Origin: Lepidodermella squamata | Taxonomy: Eukaryota; Animalia; Gastrotricha | Reading direction: 5' to 3' | NCBI GenBank assembly: GCA_047495785.1 | Contig: JBLDXI010000017.1 | Location: forward strand, 3,720,001 to 3,784,000 | DNA length: 64,000 nucleotides | Shown: piece after piece, positions 24,501-38,000 of the stretch | Numbering within the stretch: the stretch's first letter is position 1 | Layout: each line of letters starts with the position of its first letter | The notes under the pieces: generated by a model | Databases searched by the model: none | The model's input: only the letters and a program-made list of their open reading frames with translations | What the model was told of the DNA's origin: nothing | Position numbers and translations under genes: made by a program

Positions 24501-26991
24501 TGGCGGCAAAATTTAATATATAGGTAGAGGTTTGAGATGGGAATGAAAGAATAATCATTTCTACCCTATTCAAATAATCGTTGTCTCTTTTTCGTGCAGT
24601 ACCGAGCTTGGCATGCGAAAAAGCTCGAAGCTAAACAGCAGCGGCACCAGCGGCCGCCATCTTTGACAGGTAGCGAGCGCGGCGTTAAGCTCGAACCAAT
24701 CTCGCCTGCGCCTGCCGTTCTCGAAGCGCAGTCGGCTTCACCCCGCGGCCTCAGCGTCGCGCCCATAGCGGCGAAAAAGCCGCGACCGAATCATCAATAC
24801 GCGCGTCGCGGCATGGCCGATGACAAGACAGCAGCGTTCGACTCCGCCGCAGGCTTCTTCGACGATGATGAGCCATCAAAAACGCCACTCAGCCGCGCTC
24901 CATCATCAGCCAAAGCAGCGCCTGTGCCGCTCGACGCTTCAATGTCAAGCGGCGCCTTCAATGACGCTGTTTTCGCATCGACAGCCAGTGATGACAGAGC
25001 CGCTGCGATGATGACTACGACGCAATCATCAGCGAATTACGAGGATTTTCCAGAAGGCGGAGTTCGCATTGAGATCACAGCTGCCAGCTCTCGCACCTTG
25101 CCATCCCCGTCAACCAGCCACCCGCCAACGGCTGCGGAACAAGCTCGCCAGACAGCCGGCAGTCCTATTGCAGAGGAGAACGCGGAAGCAGAACCGAGCC
25201 CGTCGAATAAGGAGCAACATCCAACTGCGGCACCCATGACAGCGACAATGACAACAACCCAGGATGATGAAGAACTCGAGCGAATTGTGCAGCAAAGTAC
25301 GACGGCTGACACGCTTAGTTTGCGGGACGAGGACGACGACGGCGTGGAGAGCGATGACGCGGCTGATCGTGAGTTGGCACTGGCGCGAAAGCGAGCGACC
25401 GAGCAGCGCCGACACGGCGACAAGGACAGCGGCACAATGGCGAGTAGCCAGAGCATCAAAGCGCGATCAAGCACCGGCTCTGCTTCGTCCGCTGTAGCGG
25501 CTGCTGAGGCGGAGACGGCGTCGACAGCCTACAGCCGTGCGCAGAGCTCGACAAAAAGCGTGCGCATCTTGGAAACGCCGATTGTGCTGGAACCGGCCGC
25601 AGACGCTGATGCTGATGCTGATTTCGAGCAGCTGCGTCCTCGACGGGATGGCGGCGAGTCGGATCCTAACCGACGTGTGTGGGTCGACGCTCTCGGGAGG
25701 GCACACGAAACGCCAACTTCGATGAAGGCGGCCCGGCCCTTGCAGCGGCTGAAGATGAAGGGTTCGATAGTTCGCGTGAAAAGTGTCAGTGAACAGGTGC
25801 ACAAGAACATAAACCAGTACGAACGCCAGCGTCTGCTGATAGAGGAGCTCAAACGGCTGAAACGGCTGCAGATTTCTAAGCGCAACGGCGTTGATCCAAA
25901 TTATCTATCCAAGTCGTTCTCAGCGATAGCTCGCAAAAATGCAATTATTTCGGCCACCGGTGGTATTGACGATGCTGAAAAACTTCTCTATGGTAAGCAA
26001 ATATTGCTACAGCGGGATTGCGATTCATTCATTTATTTAATTTGCCAGATGAGCTATATCGGCGACGCCTGACTGAATATCGCTACATTCCCGAATACCA
26101 CGTTGAGCCTTCAAATGAGGTTAGCAAAACATGAAAATCGGAAATAAGTGTTTTCTACCTTGATGTTTTTATATATTAGTATGCCATATATCAAGTGCAT
26201 AATCACCGAAGTCCACCCGTGACAAATGCGACGCCAGGATGGCATACGCACGAGTCGTCTCACCCTTCCTCGGCTCGCGCCACTTCGGCCCCGGTTTACG
26301 AATCCGCAACTTTGCGGCGGCATTATGAGGCCGCGACCCGCCGGATCAACAACGAAATGATGCAGCGGGTCGAAAAAGCATACGTACCCCAACCCCATAT
26401 TCAGCGTGAGTTTCAAAATATAATTATTGGAAAAGTAGAAATAAGCTTTGGAAAATTCGTGTAGTTTTGCTCGATCGTGAGGAACAACTGCTGTCAGCGA
26501 GAAGCGCCACTGCCATGTCGCATGCCGGTGGCGCCTCAAGCCTCGGCATTTCGCCGCGCGTGGTGGGCATGTCGGCGACTAATGCGCAGCTGATAGCGAC
26601 TTCGCCCTACGGTGACTCCGTTCGCCCACACACTTCGCCTGGGAAAATACAACAAGGCGCGCAAATACCCGGTTCCACAAATGCGGGGACTACTACCGTA
26701 CTTTCCCGCGGCGGTTTTATCAACATCAAGGTGCAGCATCAGCAACAACAAGCCAAAGTGTCTGCTCTATCATCTCCCCGTCCTCGCCAGTCTATGGCAC
26801 CCCCTGCTACAACACCTCCTCCATCTGCAGGGAAACAAGGGAAGCCGCAAGTCGGCGGTTTGCAACGAGCTTCACAGGCCCACTCTCCGTACATGCAGCC
26901 ATTGCTAGCCTCGCTGATCGACCCAAAATCGCCGAAAGGCCCGGATCCGACGGCCGTACGTCAGAGTACGGTGAACTTACCCGAAGTTTAG
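21566..26991 (+). CDS. Multi-exon ankyrin-repeat protein with IQ-like motif and long disordered C-terminus (inversin-like)
   Basis: About 10 ankyrin repeats (GRTALHYA, GCTALHGA, HSVLHWA, FPLHYA, CTPLFYA, GRTPLHSA, YTPYDFA) across short-intron exons. Spliced ATRVVQKY|YRAW is IQ-like. Large exon 24600..25992; last exon ends 26991. Confidence 0.8.
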
Positions 26992-27334
26992 TTTCTTCTC
27001 TTTATACTATCAAACATAATACTGTAATAGCCATTTTCTCCTTGTTGCTTGGAACTCAAAACCTGATTGATATATAATAACGATTTTCTATCGATTTGAT
27101 CTTCTTTTTTTTGCTATAACACTGAGTTGCTATTTTATATTCCATGCATTTATTTATTTCAGAATGCGAAAATATTATGGTATTTTTTTATATCACATGA
27201 AGCGTCACAGCATGCGTTGGTCATGTAAATGGCTTGATTGCGTGAGAAGTTTGACAAAAATCAAAACGCACTGCTTTGACCGAGAAACCGGCAAGAAAGA
27301 GTGATACGACAATAAAATTGCGAAATTCTATCAT

Positions 27335-29180
27335 TTAAAATCGCGTTGAGTACCCGTGGGCGAGGCGCTCCAGAACACACAGAGCCTGTTCGAAGTAAGA
27401 CTGCTCCACGCCGTGTTTTTCATACAAGTGGACGAAAGCTCGCTTAGGCAGCAGGGTTTTCGTGCGAGTCAGAATCGGCTCAAGCAGGTCGCCGACCCGG
27501 TATGATGGACCCAAAAGTGTAACTGATCTGTACGAAAATACAAGGTTTTAAGTATGATAAGGCGGTTAAGGTTATTTTCCGAACCTATGTACGGAGTGTG
27601 GAGGTGGCGTGAGGCCATGGAAATAGGTAGCGCCATAGCAATTTTTCAGCTGATTCGACCAGGGCGTCAACGCATCGGATGGAATCGCGTCGATAGCAGC
27701 AGCTTCAGCGGCGTTGGACGAGACGCGCCGGCTGGGTGATAATCCCGCTGACCGCAATACGAAAATCGGCGCCGGCAAACGTTCAGCGACATCAACCGGG
27801 CACTCGCGAGTGCGACTCAGAACCGACAGCGAGCGAAACAACGACTTCCATGTGGCCTCGGCTACCAGCGAATAAGATGATGGCTAGAAAGAAATCATCA
27901 ACCTTAATGTAAAATTTCAGGTTATAATATTGCTAGAGGTGACTAACGTCCGGTGCATTAGGATCGGGTGCATCTGCCGTCAAAAGCGGCGCGGGGCGTA
28001 TCGCGGGTACTTTGTCAAGGAGTAGCATTTTATAATCAGGGTGCGGCGCGACGTTCTCAATTAATGAGTCTAAAAAAAACGCAAGCAAATGAGTGAGCAG
28101 ATTGCTATCAAAAGCGAAATGCACTGACCTATGAACATGTCATCGATGCAAGACAGCATGGACGAGCGCGGCTGGCTGAGGGCGGGCAGTGCAGCGTCGG
28201 CCACGCTTGAAGCCGGCCGGGCAGGCATCAGCAGGCTCATTAGTTCGTCCGCAATGAAGGCGTTCATGGTAGCAAACGATGTCGTGTGCTGTTGATGGCG
28301 AGCGGCTGCCGAAGATGCTGAAACGCTGGCCGGTAGTGGCGAACAGTGAGCGGCTATGGCGTCGTTTGACAGCAAGATACAAGCATCGGCGAATTCGGCC
28401 AGAGTCGAAAGTGACAACAGGCAGTTGTAGGTCTGCGTACTCGCTTCGCCAGAGCAGTGAGGTAGCACACCCTAAATAGCGAAAATTTGAAAAAATAATG
28501 GCGTTGTAATAGCTCACAGCTGTAATGAGCTGCGTATCAGGAAACGCGTCTGCGAAGTGCTGGGCGAGGGTGCTACCAACCCCTGACCCTGTGCCACCGC
28601 CGAGACTCATGAAAAGTAAACAACCGCGGCAACGGTCGCACTTTTCCATTATTTTCCGAAGTTGTTCAAGGGTCTAGGGGAACAGAATCAATAGAGACTG
28701 AAAAATCGAGTAGAAAAACAGTTTATTTACTTCCTTCGCCAATCGGGGCCATACGAGAAAAGCCCCGCTAGCGTAATTATTGCCACTGCCAGTTTTGCTT
28801 GAGCTGATCACACAGCCTGACTTAGCCGGCCAAGTCAGACGCAGATCATTCGGCGATGAAAACAAATTCTGCAACATTGAGATGGTACTATCTGCTACTC
28901 GAGGCTCAGCATCAACGAGAAGAGCTCTCATTTAAATAGACCGAAATTATCCACCTTAAAATTGAATATAGTTTCAAGTACCTCTAGGCTCTAGCAGATG
29001 GTGATCTTTCTCGGTCGGCACAGTGAACTTATGCATTAGATCGACAAGAACAGAGCTGTAGCAACTATCGTTTGGCGAGCTTGTGCCGTGAAGGTGCGAT
29101 ATATGTCGGAAGGCACTGGCAAGGAACTCGCCTGCCATCTGCCCACCACACTGGCCCACTCCGATTGTCACAATAGACAT
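27335..29180 (-). CDS. TUBD1: Tubulin delta chain (divergent), multi-exon
   Basis: MSIVTIGVGQCGGQ start, RALLVDAEPRV, GSGNNYASG, MSLGGGTGSGVGS, TQTYNCLLSLSTL, C-terminal AFVHLYEKHGVEQSYFEQAL...RF* match the delta-tubulin pattern. Confidence 0.85.
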
Positions 29181-29272
29181 GATAATACACTAGGTTCGAT
29201 GCAAACAAAATCATTTCCGGACATATATTTTCATTTTATTTTATTTAAATCGCAACAACTTCATTTGAGCAA

Positions 29273-31120
29273 CTACAGAACAATAGGTCCATCTGGGGGT
29301 GCATCGACGAAAGAACTGAACAGGCCGTCGATCATCGCCGATTCCTCTCGAACAACTTCAGCATCGTCGTTCTTGCTCCTTACCACATGAGGAGTCCTCT
29401 GCTTTTCGACCTCTTCGTCCGGCAATATCACCACATCGTCATCATCGCTTTCATCGCCGTCTTCAACCTTGGAGCGCTTGGTCGAAACGTTCGTCAGACT
29501 TGCCGTCATTGAAGGGATGCTGCGAGCAGGCGATGTAGACCTGAGTCTCCTGCGACTATTCGAGGGTGATACAACTGGGTCTACGATAATGGGACCCTCG
29601 TCCGAGTTCGAAGGGGTCTTCGCCTTAGGCATCGTATATAGAGGTAGACGTGAATTCGACCCGCTCGCCGATAACTGGCTCGTCTCACTCGATGTTTGAT
29701 GATGTATCGACGAACTAAGAATTGGCGGTGCGAGTGGCCGAGCTGTAGCTACCAGACAAGTTGAGAGGGCGGCTGAGAACTGCGACGCGACTTCAACATC
29801 GGAATTACGTGAATTCGAGCTAAGCGCAGATAAAATGGCTGCAATCGTCGGAGTCGCAGCGGGCATTCCTCCGGCAGTGAATGGGGGTGACATAATTGCT
29901 GCCCTCAGAAGTGAGCAAATCGGCATGGCGCATTTCTGGCACAAATGGCGAGATTCATGACCGGCAGACATCGCTGAGGTGACCAGCTGAATGCCACTAG
30001 AAACAACGCCGTCGATCGTTGGGCTGCGTTGTGAAGAAACAGAGCATGATAAAATGGAGGCCAGGACCCCGGCAGCAGATGATATTACTGCGCAGGAGTG
30101 GGCGCTTGTATCACTGACGCGATTCAGCTCATTCCTAGCCGTTTTTATTAGAATATCTAGGCCGGTCTTCGCCTGAGCTTCATCGTGAGGCCCGACTCGG
30201 AAACCGAAGGCTTCCACGCAACTGCGGTAAGCTCGAGCCCACGCCACAAAAATCACTGGTTCCGATTCTAAATTCAATGCAGAAATATTGGGCGTCAAGA
30301 ATATGGGCCGCATGAGACGGCGAGCAGCTGGCAATAGCTGGCGATGGAAGGGTGATCTGGCAACTGCGGATACTAGGTCGAAGAATGGCGCCAAGATACC
30401 CTTCACACGGCCGGCATCAGCCGCCGACATGGAAGCATTGTGCGAACGGGCTTTAAGGAGGACTTCACTCAAAGTATCGAAGCAGGCTATGATAGATGGA
30501 AGGTACAATTCCGCAGAAATTTGAGCTCCGTTAGAATCTGAAACTGGCGCGAATAAGTTTATCAAGGCCTCGCAATATGTTGCGAACAGATGAACCGGCG
30601 GAACGACGGCCAATTGCTCGGTAAGACGCGCTTCGGTATCAGAAAGCGCCAATTTGTTGGCCTGAAGCATGGCGTCATAATTCGGGTCACCCTGTTGTTG
30701 CTGCTGCTGATCATCGGCAGGCTGGAAATCGATTCCGAGATGTTGGCAAGCAAGTCTACTGATTGCGATGGCTAAAAACTCTGACCGTTGAACGGTGACT
30801 TCCGCTCCGAATAGCACGAGAATCCATTGGTGGAATGAGGCTGCCAACTTCCTAGTACGCTCACTCTGCGAACCAACGCATCTGAAAACAAGTTCCGAAA
30901 TCAGCAACCGTAACGACCGGATGGGAGATGGGCCAAAGTGTTGCAACACCCGCGATAACATCGCCAACTGCTGATGAGCAACACTGTCGCAGTTGATGAC
31001 CAGTAACCGGCGAACAGCTAGCTGGAGGTTATGCAAACTGTTTTGGTCACCCAATGCTGTCTTCGCATCTGAGCGAAGCAATTTCGTCAAAGTAGCGCAT
31101 GCTTCGTCTATTTCACTCAT
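29273..31120 (-). CDS. PELP1: PELP1/RIX1-like helical-repeat protein (single exon)
   Basis: 615-aa helical ORF with Pro/Ser/acidic tail. SQFSAALSTCLVATARPLAPPI resembles the PELP1 motif FCSEALVTCAALTHPRVPPL (recalled). Confidence 0.6.
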   Translation of the reverse strand: MSEIDEACATLTKLLRSDAKTALGDQNSLHNLQLAVRRLLVINCDSVAHQQLAMLSRVLQHFGPSPIRSLRLLISELVFRCVGSQSERTRKLAASFHQWILVLFGAEVTVQRSEFLAIAISRLACQHLGIDFQPADDQQQQQQGDPNYDAMLQANKLALSDTEARLTEQLAVVPPVHLFATYCEALINLFAPVSDSNGAQISAELYLPSIIACFDTLSEVLLKARSHNASMSAADAGRVKGILAPFFDLVSAVARSPFHRQLLPAARRLMRPIFLTPNISALNLESEPVIFVAWARAYRSCVEAFGFRVGPHDEAQAKTGLDILIKTARNELNRVSDTSAHSCAVISSAAGVLASILSCSVSSQRSPTIDGVVSSGIQLVTSAMSAGHESRHLCQKCAMPICSLLRAAIMSPPFTAGGMPAATPTIAAILSALSSNSRNSDVEVASQFSAALSTCLVATARPLAPPILSSSIHHQTSSETSQLSASGSNSRLPLYTMPKAKTPSNSDEGPIIVDPVVSPSNSRRRLRSTSPARSIPSMTASLTNVSTKRSKVEDGDESDDDDVVILPDEEVEKQRTPHVVRSKNDDAEVVREESAMIDGLFSSFVDAPPDGPIVL

Positions 31121-31352
31121 TCTATCTAGCTGGTAAACAAGGATCTAGTGATAAACAGAGAAAAATACAAATGATGCAAGCACCTTTTTATTGCAAATAA
31201 TAATTATTTTCTGTCCTTCAAGCAAAGAATATCGTACGAAACTTGGCTACTCCTATCTCAAGAAGTAGCGATATATCCGATATCCATACATAATATTATC
31301 TCGTAAGTAGAAAACTCTTATTCGGTATAAAGTGTAGAAATTACGTATACTG

Positions 31353-34300
31353 TCAAATCTCGTCAAAATATTCAATAAATGAGTCGACAATGTCGGCTCG
31401 AGCGACGCCATCGGCCGGTAGTATCGCAAATTTGCAGATCCGGCCATCGGGTGACAACGCAACGGCATGCGTGTGGGAAACGAGACGGGTCGCTCTCGCA
31501 GCGGCGAGCCCGACGCTGAATCGGCACGCGTCGAGAAGTTGCGATACGCGCGATGAAGCGGGCGAAAGGGCTCCGGATGACGAACCAGCATTGCCGCCTG
31601 CACCGGCAGCAGCGCTGGTAGCTGCAACGACTCGTGCAGCTGACGAAAGGATCGAATAGCGCTGCTTCGGTCCACCCCGGGGAGAGCCGTTTGAACCGGC
31701 GAGTTCCATTCCGGACGGGACGTGGACGAAAACATGAGCCGTTCCGGTGTCACTCGCGGCGAGAATAAGAACATTTGGCGAGCCAGGCGAAGGCGGGGCA
31801 AAAGCTAGGCTCAGAATCTTGGCGGTTTCGGCGCCTCGCCGAAACTCCACCAGTAACTGACGATCGGCGAGCGACCACAGGCGGACCAATGTGCCGCGAA
31901 CTGATGAAGTGACGAGGTGGCGAGCGTCGTGGCTGATGGCAACGGCCGCCACCGCCGTCTGGGACGCAGCAATGCTGGCTGGGGTGAAACTGGTTCCACT
32001 TTGTTTCCATTGAACACATTCCTCAAGATTCATGACATGAAGGGCGCCGATTCTTTGCGCTGGAAATACGCAGATCGGCGGGATATCCCTGGCGCATGTT
32101 ACCTCGCACACGCCTGAAGGGTTGTCGGCGGTGCGAAGGGTATACAATAGAGTAGGCGGATCAGAAAGAGAAAAAACGTATATTTCCGACATAGTCAACA
32201 CGACCACAGAAGCGTAGGTAAGACGAAACGCGCACACGGGCAGTGGTACCATGAATTCGAGAGATGGTACCTTGGTCGATAAATCGTAGAGAATAACAGC
32301 ATTTTCCGCAAACTTGGGCGACTTTCCACCGCTCACGAATCCAATGTAATTTGAGCGGTTCAGCATTTCCACCATAAACACTGAGCCAATCTGGGACGAA
32401 TCTATTTGAGCCAGCTTTACCAACGGGTCCAGATTATATATCCGTATACCAGACTGCATCGCAAGCGCGAAACAATCTAAAATGACAATTGAAAACAATA
32501 TTTACACCGAATTAATTTCAAACAATGATAAATCAAATTTCTAAATTTTTTATGAACTATTGAGGCTTGAAGTTTTCTCATACAATTACTGATTCAGTTA
32601 AATCCGATTTTGACAAGTCGACTACGCCTCTTGTAATTATCATTTCTTCATTCATTCGCCTCTTTCCCCAATCTCCCACTATCATAGAATTTCAAGTATC
32701 TGCGACAGTGATGTTGAGCAACGCCACACAAGACCTCGAGGACCGCTCATTCACGCGCATTATGGACGCATTCTACCGCGTAAGGATTTTGAGCGAAAGC
32801 GTTTCTGCAACAGTTAACGATTCCGCGACCACTGGCACAGCACAACACTTACAAGCAGGTAGCGTCGCCTCCTATTCAGTGGAAGTCAGGGCCTGCTGCT
32901 TCGACGCGGCTAGCCGTGGCTACAATCCATTCTCGTGCGAGCTAGATACCGTGTTTATCAGGGACGTGTCGTGTAGTGTCGTGTAGCAATCCGCATGCTC
33001 ATGTTTGCGGGCGACCTGAACGCTTGAGCAGCTGAATTGGGCTGCGCGCAATCGAATGCTCGTGGCTTAGCATTCAGCGATTTCCTAGAGAGCTCCTCTG
33101 CCGTGTTGCATAGTTCGCCGAATACGCCTACGCGGTGGCGGACCGGCCACGTTTCGCAAGTTCTTGACGTTTGGCTTTCTTCACAGGGGGTTCAGTATGC
33201 TTCAGTCGCCCATTCTCCAAGTAGGGGATAAATATGACAGCGATCATGATAACCTACACGGACCTCTCGACAGCGAACTGCTCGCCGTTGGCCACTGCCT
33301 CGGTGCTGACAGCCGCTCGGGAACTTCGTTAAAGCAAATTGGGCTGAATATCAGCGCGTTTGTAACGAGCGTCTGCTTTCCATAGTATACCCCAAGGGCG
33401 GTGATCCGGTACAATCTCTCGACGCTTTCTCCTGGGAACTCGGGGATGTAATGTCAAACAGTACCCGAACATCGAGCGCGCGCGTTCCAGCTATGAAGTT
33501 ACCCAAGTTGAAGCTGAGTAAAGCCACTAAGGTGCTGAGGTAAACCAAGTACTTCGATTGCACTGCGCTTGACACTCGGGCATTATGGTAAAAAGATCAT
33601 ATCGGGGGCGACGATCTAAACTCTAGGTCCGAATTGCCACCGCATGTTTGCTTGAAAAGCTGAGATGAACGGACATAGCTAAAGACCACTCCGATTGTAT
33701 CATTGGCAGAAGCCCACGGTAGATTGTCACCCACAGGTTAACGTGGAAAGAAGTGAGTCAAATGATTTAGCTCCGACTTCCGGTGAACATATTCAAGAAA
33801 GATGTAGTCACTCATATCGTTTGTGCGACAACTTTTAATTAATAACTAAAAGTCGATCGATGAGGCTCAGGAAATCTTGGATCAAATGAATCGCAGTCTC
33901 AAAACGGCTGACATGCAAATGTCCAGCCGGAAGACTAAGATAATGGGAATCAATGTATCAACAAGTCCACTTAGGGTAGGTGGTGTTGAATTTGAAGATG
34001 TCACCGAGTTCAATCGCCTATGCAGTATTATATCGTCGGATGGATCAATCGATCGGGCAGTAGAAAATAACCGCTTGAAAGCGAGGCTCAAACTGACAAG
34101 TATAGGGAAACTCTCCGGAGCAATAGTCTGAATATATATGGAATAAGGAACAGTGCAGGATCCCATTATAACTCTTCAATAACTTAAATAGATCGTAAAA
34201 GGACAGCCGCGTCTGAGCACATCCTATAAGTGAGGTATACTGGTACGAAGAAAAGAAGAATCTTTACGATGAGAAGACGTATGAAACTCTCGAATCTGTC

Positions 34301-34885
34301 GGCTTGGCTGAGCGAGTTCCCATTGGCACGGACGGCGAATTTGAGTGGAAGCTCAACCACGATAAACTGAAGGCGGGTGTGCACTTTATCCTATCCTATC
34401 ATCGAGGGCAAAAAGGCATTGCCCACTTTTGTTCAACAAATATTCCAGCGTGCGATGAATGATTTATAGTCAGCTACCTCGTTAAATATATTGCTGGTAA
34501 AGAAGTGTGCTAGAGACCTGATTTCAAAGCCACATCAGTTCCAGGAGAAGTTATACCAAAGACAGCCAACCAGAATTCAAACACAACTGCTGGGAACCAC
34601 ATCTACTAGCATCAAGTCTGATCTCTATAGCCCAAGCTTCAAAATAAGCGTCACCCAGCTTCTCGAATTAATAGACAGTCAATTGCACCATAAAACACTG
34701 TGCCTAGATAAACCTCAACCCCAAGCTCATGGCTCTAAGGCTCCAAGTTTTTCGAATTAGCCGTCAAGGACAATTTGGCGCAATAAAATTCAAATTTATA
34801 AGCAATATGAGCTAATCTGAGAATATAACTCGAACTCACCACATGCTGCATTGAAGCGGATGTTGAGTATGCCAAAATCCTCCAT
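31353..34885 (-). CDS. WDR45: WD repeat PROPPIN WIPI4/WDR45 (Atg18 family); exons 34885..34840, 32476..31353
   Basis: Spliced N-terminus MEDFGILNIRFNAAC-DCFALAMQSGIRIYNLDPL; GGKSPKFAENAVILYD; TSSVRGTLVRLW...LLVEFRRG phosphoinositide-binding motif; SDTGTAHVF. Confidence 0.88.
32900..33270 (+). mobile_element. Decayed non-LTR retrotransposon APE endonuclease fragment in WDR45 intron 1
   Basis: MFAGDLNA at about 33001, followed by GCAQSNARG..L.DFL..TPT..S..LD and a frameshifted DSDH. These are APE motifs interrupted by a stop and a frameshift. Confidence 0.7.
33860..34400 (+). mobile_element. Decayed non-LTR retrotransposon, RT C-terminal fragment in WDR45 intron 1
   Basis: KTKIMGIN...EFEDVTEFNRLCSIISSDGSIDRAVENNRLKA is the typical post-YADD RT segment. 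34022-34133 is highly similar to 50829-50944. Confidence 0.8.
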
Positions 34886-35084
34886 TTATAATTTTAAAAT
34901 ATCTATTGAAGTCGAAACACAATCGTGTAGCTATTCAGAAAAAAACCGGATTTTTCTATCATAAAATGACAAGAATGAAAACTTGATCTTTTCGCAGCAA
35001 TGTTTTGCAAAGTTTGCGATCACATGGAAGATGATAACGAAAGAAAGTAGTCATGTAGTTGAAAATCATGCTGAATAAAGTTCA

Positions 35085-38000
35085 TCACCACTGGAGTTGG
35101 TCATTCGCCGCCGTGAATCGGTCGACGATGCGTTGCTGATCTCCGAGGTCTTTCTGAATCTTGTGGCGCATGTAGAAAATAGGGCAATCGCGGCTAGTAC
35201 ACAGCACGTCTTCGATGCGCGAACCCTGGCATCGTTGACATTGCGTCCACAAGCGGGAGAACCGCTCCTCCAATGCAGATAACGTAATTACCTCTCGTTG
35301 CGCGATTTCCGACTCGCGTGGTTTGCAGTGATCGCAGACAGCTGGAACTGGTTGCGACTTGTCAGCCGGCTCGCTCAGAACTGCCTTGCAACCGAGGCAG
35401 GCGGGTCGACGCCGGGCGAATGCAGCCACTCCAACTGCAGACGCCCCAATAGCAGCTGAGGCGGTAGATTTTACCAGAGTGTGCTCACCATGCAAAAGCA
35501 CAGACTCTGCCTTTTTCTCGCCAAAAATTGGCTCAAACAGACGTAGCAGTGGTTTGGCGAGCTGCTGCTCCAGGTAGTAGCGTGTATCTAGCGGCAGACC
35601 GTGCTCGAGAACGTAGGTTGGATCCTCGGCGCGTTCGAACGCCGGGGCACCCTTAGCACCGCAGATGATGACGTAAGGAACTCGATCGCCCAGCCGAGGA
35701 GCTGAGCCTGGATCGCGTTTCTTCATACGGTTTGCCAGTTCGACGTGGGCCATACGAGCGGAGTAGTCCGAATCTGCACGGGTCAGTTCGCGCGAGATGA
35801 CAAGCTGCGACAAATCAACGCGGTTGCACAGCAGGTCCGAAATTGCGATTTGAGCGTGTTTCAGCGCGCCGTCCGGGTCTCGGTCAACCAGCAAACGGCG
35901 TAGACAACCACCCAGTACTTGAGCAACAAGCGAACAGTTGTCACGACGGACCGTTTCGATACCCTTGCAGTCGAGTTTGTCAGACGCCTCAGGTTTCGTC
36001 CACAGCAGACCGGCATAACGTTTCTTGTTGATGAGCAGATACGGGAAGTAGACCTTCTCGAATTCAAGGTGGATCGGAGGGGGGAAGGTTTTACTGACAG
36101 TTTCAGCTGCCTCTCGACCCAATCTCATCGCCTCGGCGAGCTCAAGATGCGGGCCGAACTTTACCATTACTGAATCAGTATCACCGTAAATTACCTTCGA
36201 ACCAGGGTAGTTAGCTTCGACCTGTTGTTTCGTGGATTCAATCATGGAACGACCATAGGCAGTAACTGATTGCGATATCTCAACGCAGGGTAGTTTTCCT
36301 CCTTGCAGAGCGCCGGTAAAGCCGTATACTGAGTTGGCCGAAATTTTCAGCGCCAACTGACGGGCGTCGAGTACGCGCCGCCTCAACGGGTCTGATTTAT
36401 CGCAAGCAGCCAGCTCTTTCTTCACCTTCTTACGAGCTGTCAATAGATTTTCAAGAATTTCGGGCAAAACACCTTTCAACACTGTAGTTTTGACGAATGT
36501 GCTACCCATAGGCGTGCGTTCAACTTGATCAGGGTTCAAGCCGAACTGCGCCTTCAAAGCATCAGGCGATGAAAACTGCTGCGGTATAAGCGTGGTGTAG
36601 CAAAGGTTGTGGGCCATCATAATCGACGGGTACAGTGATGTGAAATCAAGAGTGGCGATTGGTTCGTTGTAGAAACCTTTCGCGGGCTCGATAACAGTAG
36701 CACCCTCAAAGGTTCCATCGCTGTTTCCTTCAAATCTAAGAGATGGCAACAGGAGCCCCTTCGGCCCAGCGAAGCGAAGAAGTTGAGCGACAACCTTCAC
36801 CTGCTGACCGCGTGTTAAGAGGTAGCTCATCGGAATACCAGCGACTCTGGCCATTTCAGTGTTGTTAACAAGAAGCTGAAGACGGTCCAGCAGCCTAAGA
36901 GGTAGCAGTGCGTCCTTCAAACAGTAAACAGCTAGACGACGTCGGCTTTGTGCATTGCCTGCCTGTAGGTCAGAGATAATCGAATGTTGCACGTCTTCTT
37001 TTTGTTCGCCAAGAAAGTGATAAGATACAGCGTTCAAAGTGTATGATCGAAGCTTGAATTCTCGAACAATTGCCAATAAGAGATCAAATTGAACTCGGCC
37101 TTCAATATTAGCAAGACGTGTTTGCCGCTTACCGAATTGTTTCGCCTATAATAAATGTCAGGATGAATATGTTCAAATCACAGCTAGGAATGTTTCACCT
37201 GCAAAACAGAATCCTTCAGTGTTGACTTCACGTTACGAATGCGGCCGAGATATGCGAGCTCTGGAACGTTCAAAGCCTGAGCTCGGTCAATTAAATACGG
37301 CAAATCGAAATTTTGAATGTTATAGCCAGTAATCACGTCCGGATCAACATCTCGAACAAACTCGCTCCATGCTTTCAACAGTTCTTCCTCCGTTTGACAC
37401 GCAACGACCTGGCAGCCAACAATTGGTGCACAGGTATTCAAGGTGAAAACTGTTCTGATAAATGGCTCTTGGGTCTTTGCTCCAAAACTTGAGACCATGT
37501 TTGCAATTTGAATGACTGGATCTTTTTGAGCTTCGGGGAAAATGCCGCGCCTTCCCGCACACTCAATATCGAACGAAAGAATACGCAACGGGGCAACTCC
37601 TGACCACTCGCCCTCGGGCGCATGAGCTTCAATAGAGGCGTCAACTTTCAAGTCGATATCAACCTTAATAGTTAAAATTGTTATTTCATGTAAATTAAGT
37701 CTTGCGCACAAATACCTCAAGTTGGCATCGAGTTGTGCATCCTGATTCTCTAATTTTGTACTTCATAGGAGGCAAGGTTACCCAGCAACAGCCAACCAGA
37801 CCGCGATCGACCATGAAACGAATTTCGTAAGGTACGTCGCTCTCAAAGGTCATGAAAGAGCAACCTGCGCCCGCAGCGTTCTGTTCGAGGAGACGGCGAG
37901 CTGTGGGAACTAGCCTAGGAACCGCAACCGTAATGCGGAAAAACGGCGAGTTGTGACCACCTTGGTATCCGTAGATATTCCTGCGAGAAACCACTTCCAC

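Noticed and set aside
31253-31801. 182-aa alternative-frame ORF overlapping the WDR45 3' end
   Set aside because: Out-of-frame by-product of GC-rich coding sequence; no independent splice or homology support.
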